Shown here piece by piece: positions 8,850 to 17,988 of a stretch of 32,000 nt of DNA. Every line of letters begins with the position of its first letter. Within the stretch, counting starts at the first letter, position 1. The translations under genes were made by a program, and so were the position numbers. The notes under the pieces are model-generated. The model was not told the DNA's origin, searched no databases, and was given only the letters and a program-made list of their open reading frames with translations. Source of the DNA: Promethearchaeota archaeon (GTDB lineage: Archaea > Asgardarchaeota > Lokiarchaeia > Sigyniarchaeales > Promethearchaeaceae); assembly GCA_016933055.1 (NCBI GenBank), contig JAFGBS010000031.1, positions 1-32,000 of the forward strand, read 5' to 3'.

Positions 8850-9449
8850 ATGGCAAAGAAGAAAACTCAATGTCCGTACTGCGGCAAACTTTATATAAGC
8901 TTGGCTCGACATAAATGCAAGCTCGCGCCGAACTCCGAAATGGAAGAAGAGAATCCCCATAATACAAATAGCACAAATGATATGAGTAGGTTTTCGGGGA
9001 AAAAAAAGCTTAATTATTCTGAAATTGATAAGGAAGTCTTGGTTCTGGTTAAAAAGAATCAAGAAATCTACAAAGATGAGATTTTAGAATCACTGAATAT
9101 TGATGAAAAATTATTGGTAAACTCAATCAATCGTCTAAAAACTAAGCAAAAAATTCAAATCAAATCTGATTTGGTTGAAGGCATCCGAAAGGATTTGGTG
9201 AAATTTATTGAAGAATATAAAATGAAAACCGATCCCTCCGATAGTAATAAAAATCCCAATACCATAACTTGGGAAACTATGGGTAATTGTCCCTGCTTTT
9301 TATGCCCCAATGTAGAAAAATGCAATCTTGGACAAAATGAAACAAATCCTGTTCATTGCCAGTTTTTAGTTGATTGGATTAATTGTAGACTAAGTAATAC
9401 TCATTATGAAAATCCTTTTAAAGGGAATATTGAGGATAAGAAGAAATAG
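8850..9449 (+). CDS. RPC34/TFE-beta-like protein: N-terminal zinc knuckle, winged helix, C-terminal [4Fe-4S] domain
   Basis: C-terminal PCFLCPNVEKC-x11-CQFLVDW matches the RPC6/RPC34 Fe-S motif; central wHTH-like segment DKEVLVLV...LVNSINRLKTKQKI. Start is ATG 8850 (MAKKKT) or ATG 8808. Confidence 0.75.
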   Translation: MAKKKTQCPYCGKLYISLARHKCKLAPNSEMEEENPHNTNSTNDMSRFSGKKKLNYSEIDKEVLVLVKKNQEIYKDEILESLNIDEKLLVNSINRLKTKQKIQIKSDLVEGIRKDLVKFIEEYKMKTDPSDSNKNPNTITWETMGNCPCFLCPNVEKCNLGQNETNPVHCQFLVDWINCRLSNTHYENPFKGNIEDKKK

Positions 9450-9454
9450 TATGA

Positions 9455-10600
9455 TTAAATCATCTTAATAATTCTATATTCCTTAAAATCAACTAGAACC
9501 CGGTAAAATCCCCTTAGTTGTTCATCCATGGTTGGATCGCGAATGTCTGTTCTCAAATAACCGTTGGGCAGGGATTGGACTTTTGATTTTGTACATAAGA
9601 TATGAATATTTTCTTTAGGTATTTTTTGCATAACTTCTGGTGTAATTTGTAGGTTTCCTCTTCCGAACACAAATCCTTGTCGCCCTATCGGTGAAATTAC
9701 AAGTGCAGTTGGTTCATCATTTATAATGTTCAAGATTTTTTGTTCATTCACATCTATAGCGACTAATTCTCTATTTTTTATGATATCGAAGCCCAGTAGG
9801 GTTTTTTGTGTGTTGAGTAGTTCTGCAACTTTTTGAACTGTCGTTCCAGGACCCAAGATGTAAAAAATGTCTTGTTCCATATCATCGATAATTGATCGTG
9901 CAATTGCTATTTGGTTGTCTTTTTCCTCATCGGTAAAAGAAGTTGATTGTTTCGTCCCTTGGATAAGTAAAGGAACATGAGGAATTTTCATATATCCGTA
10001 AATTTTCATCTGAATGCGGTTTTCTCGAAATGCTTGTTCATCAATATCTACAACTTCAGTTTCGATGATTGAAACTTTTCCGTTAATGAAACGAGCCGTT
10101 AATTCTGCTCCCAGCTTCGGATTCACTGTAAAAACCGATGAGAATACCTTAACACCTCCTGGTACTCCTAAACAAGGTATATGTTGATCTATTACTTCCA
10201 GTATGTCACGGGCAGTCCCATCCCCTCCAATAAAGATCAGAAGGTCCACCTTCTCATCCAAAAAATATTTTGCAGCTATTTGAGTATCCTCTTTTGTCGT
10301 TTGGAATAATAATAATTCATGTCCAAATAACTCTCGTGGGATAACTTTATGAGATGTATTCGTCCGCTCACATATTTCTTCTCCCATAATTCCGGGGGGC
10401 GTAATAATTTCGAAATCATTTGATAATGAGTTCAAGGTTATTAGGAAGATCTCTGTCCGATCTTGAATTTTGGGGACAGCACCTAATTTTTGCGCTCGTT
10501 GTAGTACGTCAATACCATCCGTGCCCTTTAATCCCACAGATCCTCCCATTCCCGAAATAGGATTCAGTAGTAAACCAATATTAGTTGTTTTTCTTTCCAT
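9455..10600 (-). CDS. ATP-NAD kinase family protein (archaeal AcoX-like type)
   Basis: NPISGMGGSVGLKGTDG, GGDGTARD, GVPGGVKVFS, LGPGTT, ISPIGRQGFVFGRGNLQ. Confidence 0.88.
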   Translation of the reverse strand: MERKTTNIGLLLNPISGMGGSVGLKGTDGIDVLQRAQKLGAVPKIQDRTEIFLITLNSLSNDFEIITPPGIMGEEICERTNTSHKVIPRELFGHELLLFQTTKEDTQIAAKYFLDEKVDLLIFIGGDGTARDILEVIDQHIPCLGVPGGVKVFSSVFTVNPKLGAELTARFINGKVSIIETEVVDIDEQAFRENRIQMKIYGYMKIPHVPLLIQGTKQSTSFTDEEKDNQIAIARSIIDDMEQDIFYILGPGTTVQKVAELLNTQKTLLGFDIIKNRELVAIDVNEQKILNIINDEPTALVISPIGRQGFVFGRGNLQITPEVMQKIPKENIHILCTKSKVQSLPNGYLRTDIRDPTMDEQLRGFYRVLVDFKEYRIIKMI

Positions 10601-10638
10601 AAATATCCCTTAAATTAACCGTTAAAGTGTCAACTTTC

Positions 10639-10679
10639 AGATGAAACTCTATGTACTAGATATATTTTTAGATGAAACT
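10639..10679. repeat. 10-bp direct repeat AGATGAAACT, two copies
   Basis: Copies at 10639-10648 and 10670-10679 (31 bp apart) in the divergent intergenic region between the NAD kinase and the DC2-like gene. Confidence 0.5.
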
Positions 10680-10690
10680 TAATTTTTATA
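10673..10690 (+). promoter_or_regulatory. Putative BRE/TATA promoter of the DC2-like gene
   Basis: GAAAC followed by TTTTTATA (10683-10690), ending 28 nt before ATG 10718. Confidence 0.45.
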
Positions 10691-10717
10691 TTCAAGTCAT
10701 TTTTGCAGTGTATACTA

Positions 10718-11197
10718 ATGAGTCAAGAATTTATTGAAAAGATCCGCAAGAAACTCCCTTGGATAACAAGGCGTATCCGAATTCCCTACATAAATTTTCC
10801 AGATTTAAAAGGTCGTAATTTCGATATACCCACTCCTTCCCGGAATATTCTTCTTGGAGTGATCTATGTCTTTCTTTTCTGGTTAATGATGGGTGGCGTC
10901 TATCTCTTGATACCTAACTCTTCCGGAAGATTACCAATAGCATTAGGAGCGGATCCGAATACTGGAAATCCAATGTGGATTTATCCTAGTATCACTGATG
11001 CTTTTGTGATCGAATCTATTGTGGCAGGTGCGATAATTTTTATCGGAGCTATTGGATTTTTATTACTATATCAATCCACGAAACATATTTACAACACTCG
11101 TTATGCCCGTATTTTGATTACCATTGGTTTTATTTTAGCAACATTTTCTTTTGTGGTGCTTCAATATATCATCATTCAAGTAAAAGTCCGTGGGTAA
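10718..11197 (+). CDS. Oligosaccharyltransferase accessory subunit, OSTC/DC2-like (OST3/OST6 family membrane domain), 3 TM
   Basis: RIPYINFPDLK...PS, MMGGVYLLI, AFVIESIVAGAIIFIGAIGFLLL and IGFILATFSF parallel the eukaryotic DC2 pattern as I recall it (RVPF..[49 protein letters not shown]). No thioredoxin domain. Confidence 0.8.
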   Translation: MSQEFIEKIRKKLPWITRRIRIPYINFPDLKGRNFDIPTPSRNILLGVIYVFLFWLMMGGVYLLIPNSSGRLPIALGADPNTGNPMWIYPSITDAFVIESIVAGAIIFIGAIGFLLLYQSTKHIYNTRYARILITIGFILATFSFVVLQYIIIQVKVRG

Positions 11198-11202
11198 AAC
11201 GA

Positions 11203-13971
11203 TCAAGGGACATACACTTGATCTGGTTTAGTCCAATACAATATTTTCTGCATAAATCGCTCTGCTAAACTCATCTTACTTTTATTCATAATTCCAATAG
11301 TATCTACACTAAATACTAAGGTCTCGATTTTTCGTAATGGAATTTCAATTTTCTTCCCATGAATATTGTTCAGAACAAGAAAAGAATTTGGTTTTGCATT
11401 TTCAGAATCTACTACGAGGGAGGAAATATATCCCGTCTCAACACTATTGATAGCTTTTTTCAAATAAATCGTGGTGCGTGTGTGTCTTTCCTTTAGGAAA
11501 TGCAAAATTTTAATTTCATCTTGAAAAAATTCGCTAGGATTATGAAATTGCAAACCAAATTCGTCTTTTTTGACAATTATTTCCTTTAAAGGATAGGATC
11601 TGGCATTTCCAGTCTCTGTCTCACATTTAAGGATGTAATCATAATTCCCATTTATCTTCTGAACCTCACGTAAGTGTAATAATTGAAGAGTTCCTCTTTC
11701 TTGTAAAAAAATTTGTTTACCCTCAGCATGTTGAATTGAATTTAGGTTAAATTTAATCTTGTACCGATATTTTTTCTTTACAAGTTCATTCTTCTCATCC
11801 ACAAAGTAATATAGAACGAATTTTTTCAAATATCGCCTAAAGAATCGATATCGTTTCTTTATAGAAACGGTTTCATCCTTCACATCATCTAATTTTTCAT
11901 ATAACTGAGGATCTATACTCACAGTTACCAAACGCGCATTTTGAGATTTTGATAACTGGTAAATTGCACCAAAGTCGAGTTCAATTAGTTTGGTGGTTTC
12001 AGGTTGAAGTGTATAAGTTTCTCTTTTTGTAGATGTTTCATTTTTATTGAAGCGAATGATTTCCTCTATTTCATTAATTTCTTTGTCAATAGATGGAGCA
12101 GTTATTTCTTTTGGGGAGAATAAATAACTATATGGTTCACACACTTCATCATTTATTCTGATCTCTTTTAGTTCCCCAATACCCACGATAAAATTAAGAG
12201 AATCAACGTGGAGATAGGTTTTCCCCAACATCAGTTCAAATACTTCTTTTTTGTTCAAGTCATTAAGAAAATTCGCATAATCTTTGATTCCAAACATAGA
12301 TTTAAACTTACGGTTGGCCATTATACGGTATGATTTGTGTGCAGACTTCAAATTCCTTGCAAATTTCATTCGATATCCCTTTGCCATTAGAAGAAATGGT
12401 AATATCGATTCTCTAGCAGGTTTAATTTGATTTTCTTCATCATACATGGCAAGAATTCGTAAATATGAAGGAGGATGACTATTCATCAAATTGCTCAATA
12501 ACGTGAGGGGTTTAGGATTCAGCATATTTCTATCGAGATATTGAGCTGTAGTAGAATAGTTCTCTACTCGATTATATTCGATTAATTTTTCCTCGGAAAG
12601 TAACATTGTATCAAGGCCAATTTCGCGTCCGGATGAATAAAATCCTTCGAGATTGTATAATCCTTTTGCTAACTCATTTGCATAGCCACTTTGTTTGGTT
12701 CTCATATCTGCTCTACCTTCCAGTATACGGATGAACACATATATGACCAGTGTGATTCCAAGATTAATTAAGATAAAAACCCAAATCTCAAAGGGTTGAT
12801 CTCCTCCGAATACATAATCGTAATATGTCGCAGGCCATTTTAATAACCAAAAAATCACTAATTGCACGCTACTTATAATAGAGAGAATTAATGTATCTAA
12901 TCCTTTCGCATGGTGCAACTCGTGCGCAACTACTCCTTTTAATTCATCTCGTGGAATTTCGTTAATATCTTTAGATATTATAGCTATTCTTTTATCAAAA
13001 AAAGCCCCATAAGCCATAGCATTCAATATTGGATATTGAGCAAAACCGACTTTAACTCTATCCGTAATTTTAACATTCTTGCTAACTTCTTCAACCAATT
13101 CTTGTAAACCAATATATTGTTTTTTCTTCTGTTCTAATTCTTGTTTTACCTTGGGATCACTTTCTTTCTCCAATTGACTTTCAATGTTTTTAATTTGTTT
13201 AGGAACTCGTTTTATACCAAGCATAAGATCTAAAACGGGACCTGAAATAGAATACACAAACCAATTTGTTAAGAACAAGGCGAGATAAATTAAATTTCGT
13301 TGTTGATCCTCATTTATCGATTCTTGCCATATAAAAGACAATCCCCGAACTGCTAACCAAGAAAAAATATATAAAAACATAGTTAAATATTCCGGACTCA
13401 TGAATCGTAAAACTACAATATATTTTCTTCCGAAAAGGGCAAATCCCAAGATTAAAATTATCCATATTGCAAAGGAGAAGGCTGTATCCCTAATAATCCA
13501 ATTTTTATCACCTTCAACAATTAATAGGCCGAATTCATGAAGAATACTATTAATTAATCCCGCAAAGAAGATTACATTGTATGTAACCGCAGTTATAACA
13601 AGTAATTTATTTAATACTTCATATTCGCGGAGTTCATAAGCACCAAATATAATGAAAATTCCAAATGCTCCTATTACTGAATTCATAGGGTCAAAAGTAG
13701 CTAAATAAATAGTGATAAATATAAAACCAAGAAGAACTAAATCAAAAGCATCACTTCTTTTACCTTGTTTTTTCCAATGGAATAATTCATTTACCATTAA
13801 TCCGAAAAGAACCAAGAATAAAACGGATATGATAATATTTTGGATATTATCGGGGGAAATTGTAAAGAAACCGGGTTTAAGAAATTTAAAAAAGGTAAAT
13901 AAACCTAAGATCGCAATTAAGAGGAAGGAATATATCCCAAAAAGTAAGGTTCGCCTTGATTCTTTCATCAT
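11203..13971 (-). CDS. Large polytopic M48 (HtpX/Ste24-like) zinc metalloprotease with ~400-aa C-terminal extension
   Basis: About 8 N-terminal hydrophobic segments, PILNAMAYG, ELKGVVAHELHH (HExxH at 12910-12924), two further TM segments, EGRAD, and SHPPSYLRI. Confidence 0.82.
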   Translation of the reverse strand: MMKESRRTLLFGIYSFLLIAILGLFTFFKFLKPGFFTISPDNIQNIIISVLFLVLFGLMVNELFHWKKQGKRSDAFDLVLLGFIFITIYLATFDPMNSVIGAFGIFIIFGAYELREYEVLNKLLVITAVTYNVIFFAGLINSILHEFGLLIVEGDKNWIIRDTAFSFAIWIILILGFALFGRKYIVVLRFMSPEYLTMFLYIFSWLAVRGLSFIWQESINEDQQRNLIYLALFLTNWFVYSISGPVLDLMLGIKRVPKQIKNIESQLEKESDPKVKQELEQKKKQYIGLQELVEEVSKNVKITDRVKVGFAQYPILNAMAYGAFFDKRIAIISKDINEIPRDELKGVVAHELHHAKGLDTLILSIISSVQLVIFWLLKWPATYYDYVFGGDQPFEIWVFILINLGITLVIYVFIRILEGRADMRTKQSGYANELAKGLYNLEGFYSSGREIGLDTMLLSEEKLIEYNRVENYSTTAQYLDRNMLNPKPLTLLSNLMNSHPPSYLRILAMYDEENQIKPARESILPFLLMAKGYRMKFARNLKSAHKSYRIMANRKFKSMFGIKDYANFLNDLNKKEVFELMLGKTYLHVDSLNFIVGIGELKEIRINDEVCEPYSYLFSPKEITAPSIDKEINEIEEIIRFNKNETSTKRETYTLQPETTKLIELDFGAIYQLSKSQNARLVTVSIDPQLYEKLDDVKDETVSIKKRYRFFRRYLKKFVLYYFVDEKNELVKKKYRYKIKFNLNSIQHAEGKQIFLQERGTLQLLHLREVQKINGNYDYILKCETETGNARSYPLKEIIVKKDEFGLQFHNPSEFFQDEIKILHFLKERHTRTTIYLKKAINSVETGYISSLVVDSENAKPNSFLVLNNIHGKKIEIPLRKIETLVFSVDTIGIMNKSKMSLAERFMQKILYWTKPDQVYVP

Positions 13972-14049
13972 TCTATTACTCTATTTTGAATGGTGAAGAG
14001 TAAATAGAATATCAATTAAAGTTATTCCCTAAAAAATTGTAGAATCTGG

Positions 14050-14427
14050 TCATTCAAGAATATTAGAGATTCGTCGAGCTAAGGACTCCATCAACATAAA
14101 AATTAAACCCAGTTGTCTATCACTTCGGATTAGAACACACAAAATCGTATGTTCCCCGGCTTGCTGCAGAATTATTAAGCCACCTTGACCTTCAAGTAGA
14201 ATTCGTTTTAAATTCCCCCGAGCTAACTCCTGTGCTGCTCGTTCTCCCACCGATAATATTGCAGCAGTCATTGCTGCAACGATACCTTCCCGAGATTCAT
14301 CACTCCCACTCAAGTTGGAGCAAATTGGTAACCCTTGGATGCTAACGAGTGCACTCCCTTCAATATCCTCATTTTCTGCTTCAAATTTACGCAGCATGCT
14401 TAAGATTTCATCTAGATGGTTTGTCAT
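14050..14427 (-). CDS. Roadblock/LC7 domain protein
   Basis: IEGSALVSIQGLPICS, IVAAMTAAILSVGERAAQELARGNLKRILLEGQGGLIILQQAG: classic roadblock pattern, 125 aa. Confidence 0.93.
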   Translation of the reverse strand: MTNHLDEILSMLRKFEAENEDIEGSALVSIQGLPICSNLSGSDESREGIVAAMTAAILSVGERAAQELARGNLKRILLEGQGGLIILQQAGEHTILCVLIRSDRQLGLIFMLMESLARRISNILE

Positions 14428-14705
14428 AGTGGTATCGCCAATAAGGTAAAATGTTCGTGGTTTCCTTAATGTTTTGTGAGATTATTTGGTTTAAACGGCT
14501 TTTTTACAGTTATAGATGACATATACCGCAGTTTTGAATAATTACTTTATGTTATTATTATTTTTTTATTAATTTTTTTTCCTATTTTCTTTTCTCAAAT
14601 TCCTTTATTATACCTTTGGTTTGTAGATCGTTCTAAAAAAACTTTAGAAAAATCACCATTTCGAAATATTATTGTGTAGCTTTTCATTATCATCAGTCTA
14701 TACAC

Positions 14706-14713
14706 TTTTATAA
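14706..14713 (+). promoter_or_regulatory. Putative TATA box of the methionine aminopeptidase gene
   Basis: TTTTATAA ending 24 nt before ATG 14737, the spacing expected for a leaderless archaeal transcript. Confidence 0.45.
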
Positions 14714-14736
14714 TCTAGTATTTGTAATGATGAATT

Positions 14737-15972
14737 ATGGCTAAGAAGAAAACTACGACGAAAAAACCACCGGAGCAATCTCCTACGAAGAATGCTGGGA
14801 AAAAAGATACAAGTAATGGTGGAACTAAAACCAAAACTACTGAAGATTCCGCTCAAAAAAAAAGTAGTTCAAAAACCTCCCAGACTACGAAAAAATCTAG
14901 TGAAGTAAAATCAACTAGTAAAAAAAAAACTACTACATCCTCCTTGAAAAAAACATCAACCACACACACACCAAAAACTACATTAAAACAACCTGTAAAG
15001 AAAACAACTACAAAGAAATCTACACCTAAACCTGCGAAAACTGATCAACAAACCCCCGAACAAATTCAAGAAGAAAAAGAACGAATTGAAGCATATAAAA
15101 AAGCAGGAACAATTGCAAAAAAATTAAAAGCCTTGGTTAAGCCTAAAATCGTTCCCGGGGCGAAATTAATCGAAATAGTTGAATTTGCCGAAAAAAAGAT
15201 TATTGAACTAGGAGGAAAACCTGGATTTCCAGTAAATATATCAATAAATAACGTAGCTGCCCATTATACACCTCCTCCAGGGGATACAACTGAAATTCAA
15301 GATGGAGATATTATCAAATTTGATCATGGGGTCCATATTGATGGATACTGTGTAGATACCGCATTTACCATATCTCTAAACAATGATACAGCTCTAAAAA
15401 ATATTGTAAAAGCTTCGGAGGAAGCGGTTGAGAAAGCAATTAAAAAAATTAAGCATGGAGTTACAACAAACATATTAGGCGGTGTAATTGAAGAAACTGT
15501 TCGAAAATATGGTTTTAAACCTATTATTAACCTCCAAGGGCATAGAATTGAGCGATGGGATTTGCACGCGGGTAAATCTATACCATGTATCGCTCTTCCC
15601 ACAGGAGATACAATGGAGGAAGGTGAAATCTACGCAGTGGAAGTATTCGTATCAAATGGGGAAGGGGAGATCCATGCACAGCAATCTAATGCACAAATAT
15701 TCCAACTTATTCCCACTACCCGGAAAATTCCTTTGAGGACTAAATCATCTAGAAGGATTTTAGGATATATCGCCCGAGAATTTAAATCCCTTCCCTTCTC
15801 TCGGTTCCAAGTGCATCAAGAATTTCCACAAGGATCGTTTGGATTATTAGAATTGATTAAAACCAATAAATTAGAAAAACACAACATCTTATCAGAAAAG
15901 AAAGGATTTTATGTGGCACAAACTGAGGAAACAATTCTTGTAACAAAAAATGGTTGTGAGATACTCACATAA
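14737..15972 (+). CDS. map: Type II methionine aminopeptidase with Lys/Thr/Ser-rich N-terminal extension
   Basis: FPVNISINNVAAHYT, KFDHGVHIDGYCVDTA, LQGHRIERWDLHAG, AVEVF and AQTEETI (metal ligands D, D, H, E, E) plus the type II helical insert. Confidence 0.93.
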   Translation: MAKKKTTTKKPPEQSPTKNAGKKDTSNGGTKTKTTEDSAQKKSSSKTSQTTKKSSEVKSTSKKKTTTSSLKKTSTTHTPKTTLKQPVKKTTTKKSTPKPAKTDQQTPEQIQEEKERIEAYKKAGTIAKKLKALVKPKIVPGAKLIEIVEFAEKKIIELGGKPGFPVNISINNVAAHYTPPPGDTTEIQDGDIIKFDHGVHIDGYCVDTAFTISLNNDTALKNIVKASEEAVEKAIKKIKHGVTTNILGGVIEETVRKYGFKPIINLQGHRIERWDLHAGKSIPCIALPTGDTMEEGEIYAVEVFVSNGEGEIHAQQSNAQIFQLIPTTRKIPLRTKSSRRILGYIAREFKSLPFSRFQVHQEFPQGSFGLLELIKTNKLEKHNILSEKKGFYVAQTEETILVTKNGCEILT

Positions 15973-15976
15973 GTGA

Positions 15977-16939
15977 TTGGGGATGAATGACCGCACTATA
16001 TTAGTAACTGGAGGAGCAGGATTTATCGGATCACACGTTGTAGATAAATTGGTCGAAGCAAATAATAAAGTGATCGTAATTGATAATCTAATTTCATCGT
16101 CCACAACCTACTTAGAACTACATATACAATCTAAGTTAATAACATTCATTAAAGGAGACATTCGAGATACGTCAGTATTCAAAAATATTGATGAATCTCT
16201 TGATTATATTTATCATTTTGCTGCAGATCCAAATGTTCGGGAAAGTGTCTTAGCACCTTTAAATTCATTCGACCATAATATGCAAGGAACAATTAATATT
16301 CTTGAATTTGCACGTCGTAAACAAGTAAAAGGATTTATTTTCGCTTCTAGTGGAGGGACACTGTACGGAGATGTGGAGTCCTTTCCAATAAAGGAATCTG
16401 ATTTGTTAAAACCGATCTCCCCCTATGGAGCATCCAAGGCTGCATGTGAAATGTATGTGTCTGCTTATGCTTATTCCTATAACTTCAAAGCAGTATCGCT
16501 TAGGTATGCGAATATTTTTGGAGAGCGCTCTAATCATGGTGTGACTTATGAATTCTTCCATAGATTGAAAGAAAATCCCAATGAGCTGGAAATCCTAGGA
16601 GATGGTCAACAAAAAAAATCATATCTGCATGTATCGGATTGTGTGGAGGCTTCACTAGTGATTGCTGATAATTTAAATACCCAGTCAAAGAAATATGATT
16701 ATTTCAACGTAGGTTCTGAAGATTGGATTACGGTAAATGATCTTGCAGAGTTATTAGAAAAAATAATGGGCTTGTCAAATGTGATGCATACTTTCACTGG
16801 TGGTCAAAAAGGATGGGTCGGAGATGTGCATCTTTTATTACTTTCCATTCAAAAATTAAAAGCCCTCGGGTGGAAACCGAAATTAACTTTTGAAGATGGG
16901 TTAAGAAAATACGTAAATTGGATGGAATCGGTTCAATAA
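15977..16939 (+). CDS. NAD-dependent epimerase/dehydratase (GalE-like extended SDR)
   Basis: VTGGAGFIGSH, HFAADP, FASSGG, YGASK (YxxxK), LRYANIFG, GWVGDV. Confidence 0.93.
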   Translation: MGMNDRTILVTGGAGFIGSHVVDKLVEANNKVIVIDNLISSSTTYLELHIQSKLITFIKGDIRDTSVFKNIDESLDYIYHFAADPNVRESVLAPLNSFDHNMQGTINILEFARRKQVKGFIFASSGGTLYGDVESFPIKESDLLKPISPYGASKAACEMYVSAYAYSYNFKAVSLRYANIFGERSNHGVTYEFFHRLKENPNELEILGDGQQKKSYLHVSDCVEASLVIADNLNTQSKKYDYFNVGSEDWITVNDLAELLEKIMGLSNVMHTFTGGQKGWVGDVHLLLLSIQKLKALGWKPKLTFEDGLRKYVNWMESVQ

Positions 16940-16940
16940 G

Positions 16941-17975
16941 TCATAAATTTTTTTCATCTAACCATTCCTTTACATTGATTTTTTTCCCTAAAATAGCGGA
17001 TTCCATCGCAATCTCGCACATATTTATTGCCCGTAATCCAATTACTCCAGATGATTCAGATTCTTCATTATTTTTGACCATTTTTAATAAAGCTTTCATC
17101 TCTTCTTTTAATGGTTCCTTATACTCAAAAAAAATCTTTTGGGGTTCTTTCTTTTCAACTCTAAATACCATACGGTCATCCTTTTCCAGTTTTTTGATGT
17201 GAGCATTGTGGATTACGATTTCATTCGGTTTTAGAAACTCAATTACGGCTGTTTTTTTCGAACCAACCACAATTAATTCACGTCTTCGACCAAAGATGGG
17301 AATCAACCATGATTCACTCAAATAACCTTGAACATTATGGGGGAAAGTTACGCTTATGCTCGTATATTCCTCATAATCTTCTTGTAAAAAGATTCCTCGA
17401 TGTGCAAGAATGGTTTCAGGATATTCCACGTCTAATATATAACAAAAGTTATCGAAGTCATTCACTGCTAGCGTGAAAATCACTCCCGAATCCTCTTTGG
17501 GTACCCCTATTCCATATTTATTTGCTACCATGAAAAGTAATTTGCCTAGGTCTCCAATCTTTATTCTTCTCTTTAACTCGCGTAAAGCTTGGTGGTATCG
17601 AAATAGATGTCCTACCATCAATCTAACTTTATTTTCAGAAGCTAAACGAATCAATTCTGCGGCATCCTTGGAAGAAAGAGTAAATGGTTTTTCTACGAAT
17701 ACGTGTTTTCCGGATTCAAGCACTTGCTTAGCTAATGAAAAATGAGTTGATGAGGGGGTTACGATTAAAACTACATTCACATGAGGATCCGAAAGAAGAA
17801 AGTCCAACTTATTTACAAGTTGAAATGAGTATTCTCCCGCTACTTTTTTCGCCCGTTCTTGAATTAAATCATAGATCACTACTTCGCCATCGAAATACCC
17901 CTCGTTTTTTAATTCGAAAAACACCCGAGCAATATTAGCACCCCAATACCCTACTCCCACTATTCCTATTTTCAT
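16941..17975 (-). CDS. Gfo/Idh/MocA oxidoreductase (WbpB/WlbA-like sugar 3-dehydrogenase candidate)
   Basis: IGIVGVGYWG, TPSSTHF, HVFVEKP, MVGHLFRY, EPLKEE. Confidence 0.9.
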   Translation of the reverse strand: MKIGIVGVGYWGANIARVFFELKNEGYFDGEVVIYDLIQERAKKVAGEYSFQLVNKLDFLLSDPHVNVVLIVTPSSTHFSLAKQVLESGKHVFVEKPFTLSSKDAAELIRLASENKVRLMVGHLFRYHQALRELKRRIKIGDLGKLLFMVANKYGIGVPKEDSGVIFTLAVNDFDNFCYILDVEYPETILAHRGIFLQEDYEEYTSISVTFPHNVQGYLSESWLIPIFGRRRELIVVGSKKTAVIEFLKPNEIVIHNAHIKKLEKDDRMVFRVEKKEPQKIFFEYKEPLKEEMKALLKMVKNNEESESSGVIGLRAINMCEIAMESAILGKKINVKEWLDEKNL

Positions 17976-17988
17976 GTTGATCTACTCA

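Noticed and set aside
8724-9062. 112-aa minus-strand ORF
   Set aside because: Antisense to the RPC34/TFE-beta-like gene; no motifs.
13712-13996. 94-aa plus-strand ORF
   Set aside because: Antisense shadow of the TM-coding part of the M48 protease.
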